This document shows positions 61,783 to 64,000 of a stretch of 64,000 bases of DNA, in pieces. The DNA comes from Octopus sinensis (Eukaryota), in contig NC_043005.1 in the NCBI RefSeq assembly GCF_006345805.1, positions 16,740,001-16,804,000 of the forward strand. Direction: 5' to 3'. Made by a program: the position numbers and the translations under genes. The number at the start of each line of letters is the position of its first letter. The stretch's first letter is position 1. The notes beneath the pieces were generated by a model. The model did no database searches. It was given only the letters and a program-made list of their open reading frames with translations, and was not told the DNA's origin.

Positions 61783-64000
61783 TTAAATTCTCGTCATCAC
61801 TGATGACTGTCATAAGTGAATATGGATATTCCTGATACTTAGACTAAGTCTTTCATGCCAAAGATATTTTGTATCTTTCTAGACCTTCGTCTGAATTGAC
61901 TACTATTGCTAACACTTATGGAATTAGCCTTTACTAGACAAAATATAAAACTTCATAAGTTGTTTTTACTATCAAATATTTATCATGACCACCACAAGGA
62001 CGAATTAGGAATAAAATAATTGGGTTTCTCTGTGTGGATGGTAGGGTAGATAGATGGGCATAATGATAGTGAGGTTATTATTGGACAACTGACTTAAAGA
62101 TTATATAAGTTCAGATCTTACTATTGCCATGGTATCATGTTCCTTGGTATGGACTTATCTAACTCTAAATAAAGATATGAAAACAAAAGAACTGGTTTCA
62201 CTTTACAGCTGAGGCCTGGAAACAATTTGAGAAATTGAGCAGTGGGTGTAAAAATGTGGTATAGGTTTCAGTGTATAAGGATGTTAAGAGTGCAGGTGTT
62301 TCTATGCTGTAAATGGTACGGATTTATGACTAAGCCTTCACTTGCAAATGGTTGTCAACTTAGTTGTAAATAAACTTGCTGTTATAAAGTCAGTTTGTAG
62401 TACTTAAAGACAAATCACTTTAGTGTACACTTAGTGGTAGTCATACTCCCAAGACCAACCATTGACTATCATTGGTTTATATGTTAACCCTCTTGGGACA
62501 CCTGGGTTGATTGATCAGCCCGAGTGACACAAGCTGAAAAGATCTTGTGGCCAATCCATTGACCCAATGAAACAAATGTTTTGAAATGTAATAGCCAATC
62601 AGATATCGTCTTTCAGTAGATATAATTTAAAACTATATAATATAGTTTTACATACTGTACTTTATCCTTTGTTTTCTACATGCACCTGATATTGTAACTG
62701 TTATTTACTATGTTTTCCTTATTTAAGATTGTAGGATGTAATTTGATGGAAATTTGACTACTATTTCTAGCAGATTGGGCTACTTTATAGAGACTCCACT
62801 CATTGGCTCCTGTTTCAGCAAAATCTCATTAGCAAACTCTATACATCTTGGCAAGCAGGAGCAGCTATTTAGTATCAACAACATTGACATTAATTACCAT
62901 GGGAAACACTCCCTGTTGCTGGCTACTTTTACTTTATCAGAGCTATGGCCTGAAGGTAGCTTGAAAGATGGAGCTTCAACATTGTCACTTGATTTACTAA
63001 AAATGATAGCCAAATTTACTTCAAAATATCTCTCAGCTTCACAAAAAGGTAAAAAAAAAAAAAACTCATGTTGGATTGATGTTCCTGATGTATAAAAAAA
63101 ATTACATCAGAGATGATGGGAATGGAATACCTTTAATCAGATGAGAATGGGATACCTTTCATCATAGGCCTATTCATTAAGGAGGGCTGGCTGGTCTGAG
63201 ATTTAAAGAATGATGAATGATTATTGAAATCTATGGTCTGTGTGGGGATGGTATATTGTTTGTAAGATTCAAGGCCTAAAAATACTTAGATGACTGCCCC
63301 CCCACCCCCAACCGACTCCATGCTTCTCTTTAGGGACTTTGAACACACCTAGTGATTTACATAGAAATTGAAATAAACAACCTGCTATCTTTTTCTTTCT
63401 CACCTGTTCTTTTATCCTTTTGGTATGTGATATAGGGTGTGCAAGGTTTAATTTCCACATACCAACTAGATTTTTTTTGTTATTGTCATAGTATTTAAGG
63501 GCCTTGTCAGCTAACAGCTTTTCTTCTCTTTCCTCTTCCTCCCTCTTTGTTCCCCCTCCTTTGTCCCCCCCCCATTTCATTAGCCCTAGGGGGGACAGTA
63601 GATAAATTTTGACACTCCCAGGATATAACCATAGTTTTCTTTCACATAGTTTTCTCTGTAATTAACTTCAGTGAAGTGTTTTTCACAGGTGTGTGTGTGT
63701 ATGTGTGTCATAAGATAGCATCCAAAATATTTTTCTCAAACAATGGTCTTGATTTTCTTTGGAGGAGGGACACTGTCACTACTACCCTGCAATACATTTA
63801 ATTAAAATCCTGAAGAGAGGTAGTAATTAAAGTAGACACCTAGATACTGTGAGGTCAATTACAAGCTGATGTGTTGTGGTTTTTGTAAAGCAACATAGAC
63901 AATCTTCATTAAAACTTATTGAAAACAAATACTGACTGTTCAAGTAATTGCAGATTTGTAAAATAGTTTAATTTCTTAGTAGAAAGAACAGGTGTAAAAG

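Noticed and set aside
62118-62170. YYCHGIMFL as a possible afadin exon 2
   Set aside because: Weak match to LEFHGVMRF, no good acceptor, early stop.

Overview
Repeat-dense, AT-rich animal genomic DNA. The SINE, Helitron and microsatellite repertoire looks like an octopus (coleoid cephalopod) genome; this is recognition from memory, not a database result. Nearly all supplied ORFs are translations of microsatellites or transposon relics. One host coding exon is convincing: 37838-37945 (+), an afadin/AF-6/Canoe-like N-terminus ending in GAG|GTAAGT. It lies in a CpG-retaining, promoter-like domain (~36-56 kb) and is followed by 12 CAGGTA/CAGGTG motifs in 1.4 kb. A non-coding minus-strand exon candidate lies at 1326-1470. 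The rest is several tRNA-derived SINE families, non-autonomous Helitrons, relics of R4/Dong, RTE, CR1/L2 and Penelope-like (PLE) retroelements, mariner/hAT/piggyBac relics, microsatellites and a 100-N gap. The most striking signal is in the first 33 kb: about a dozen unrelated short elements each carry a minimal type I hammerhead-ribozyme fold (CUGANGA, stem II, GAAA, palindromic stem III, NUH), some intact and many decayed. One is a tRNA-headed, Pol III-type element whose 3' part is a hammerhead and which is preceded by an inverted copy of that part, suggesting a PLE-mobilised, ribozyme-tailed SINE. All folds and alignments were done by eye and no ribozyme activity is shown.
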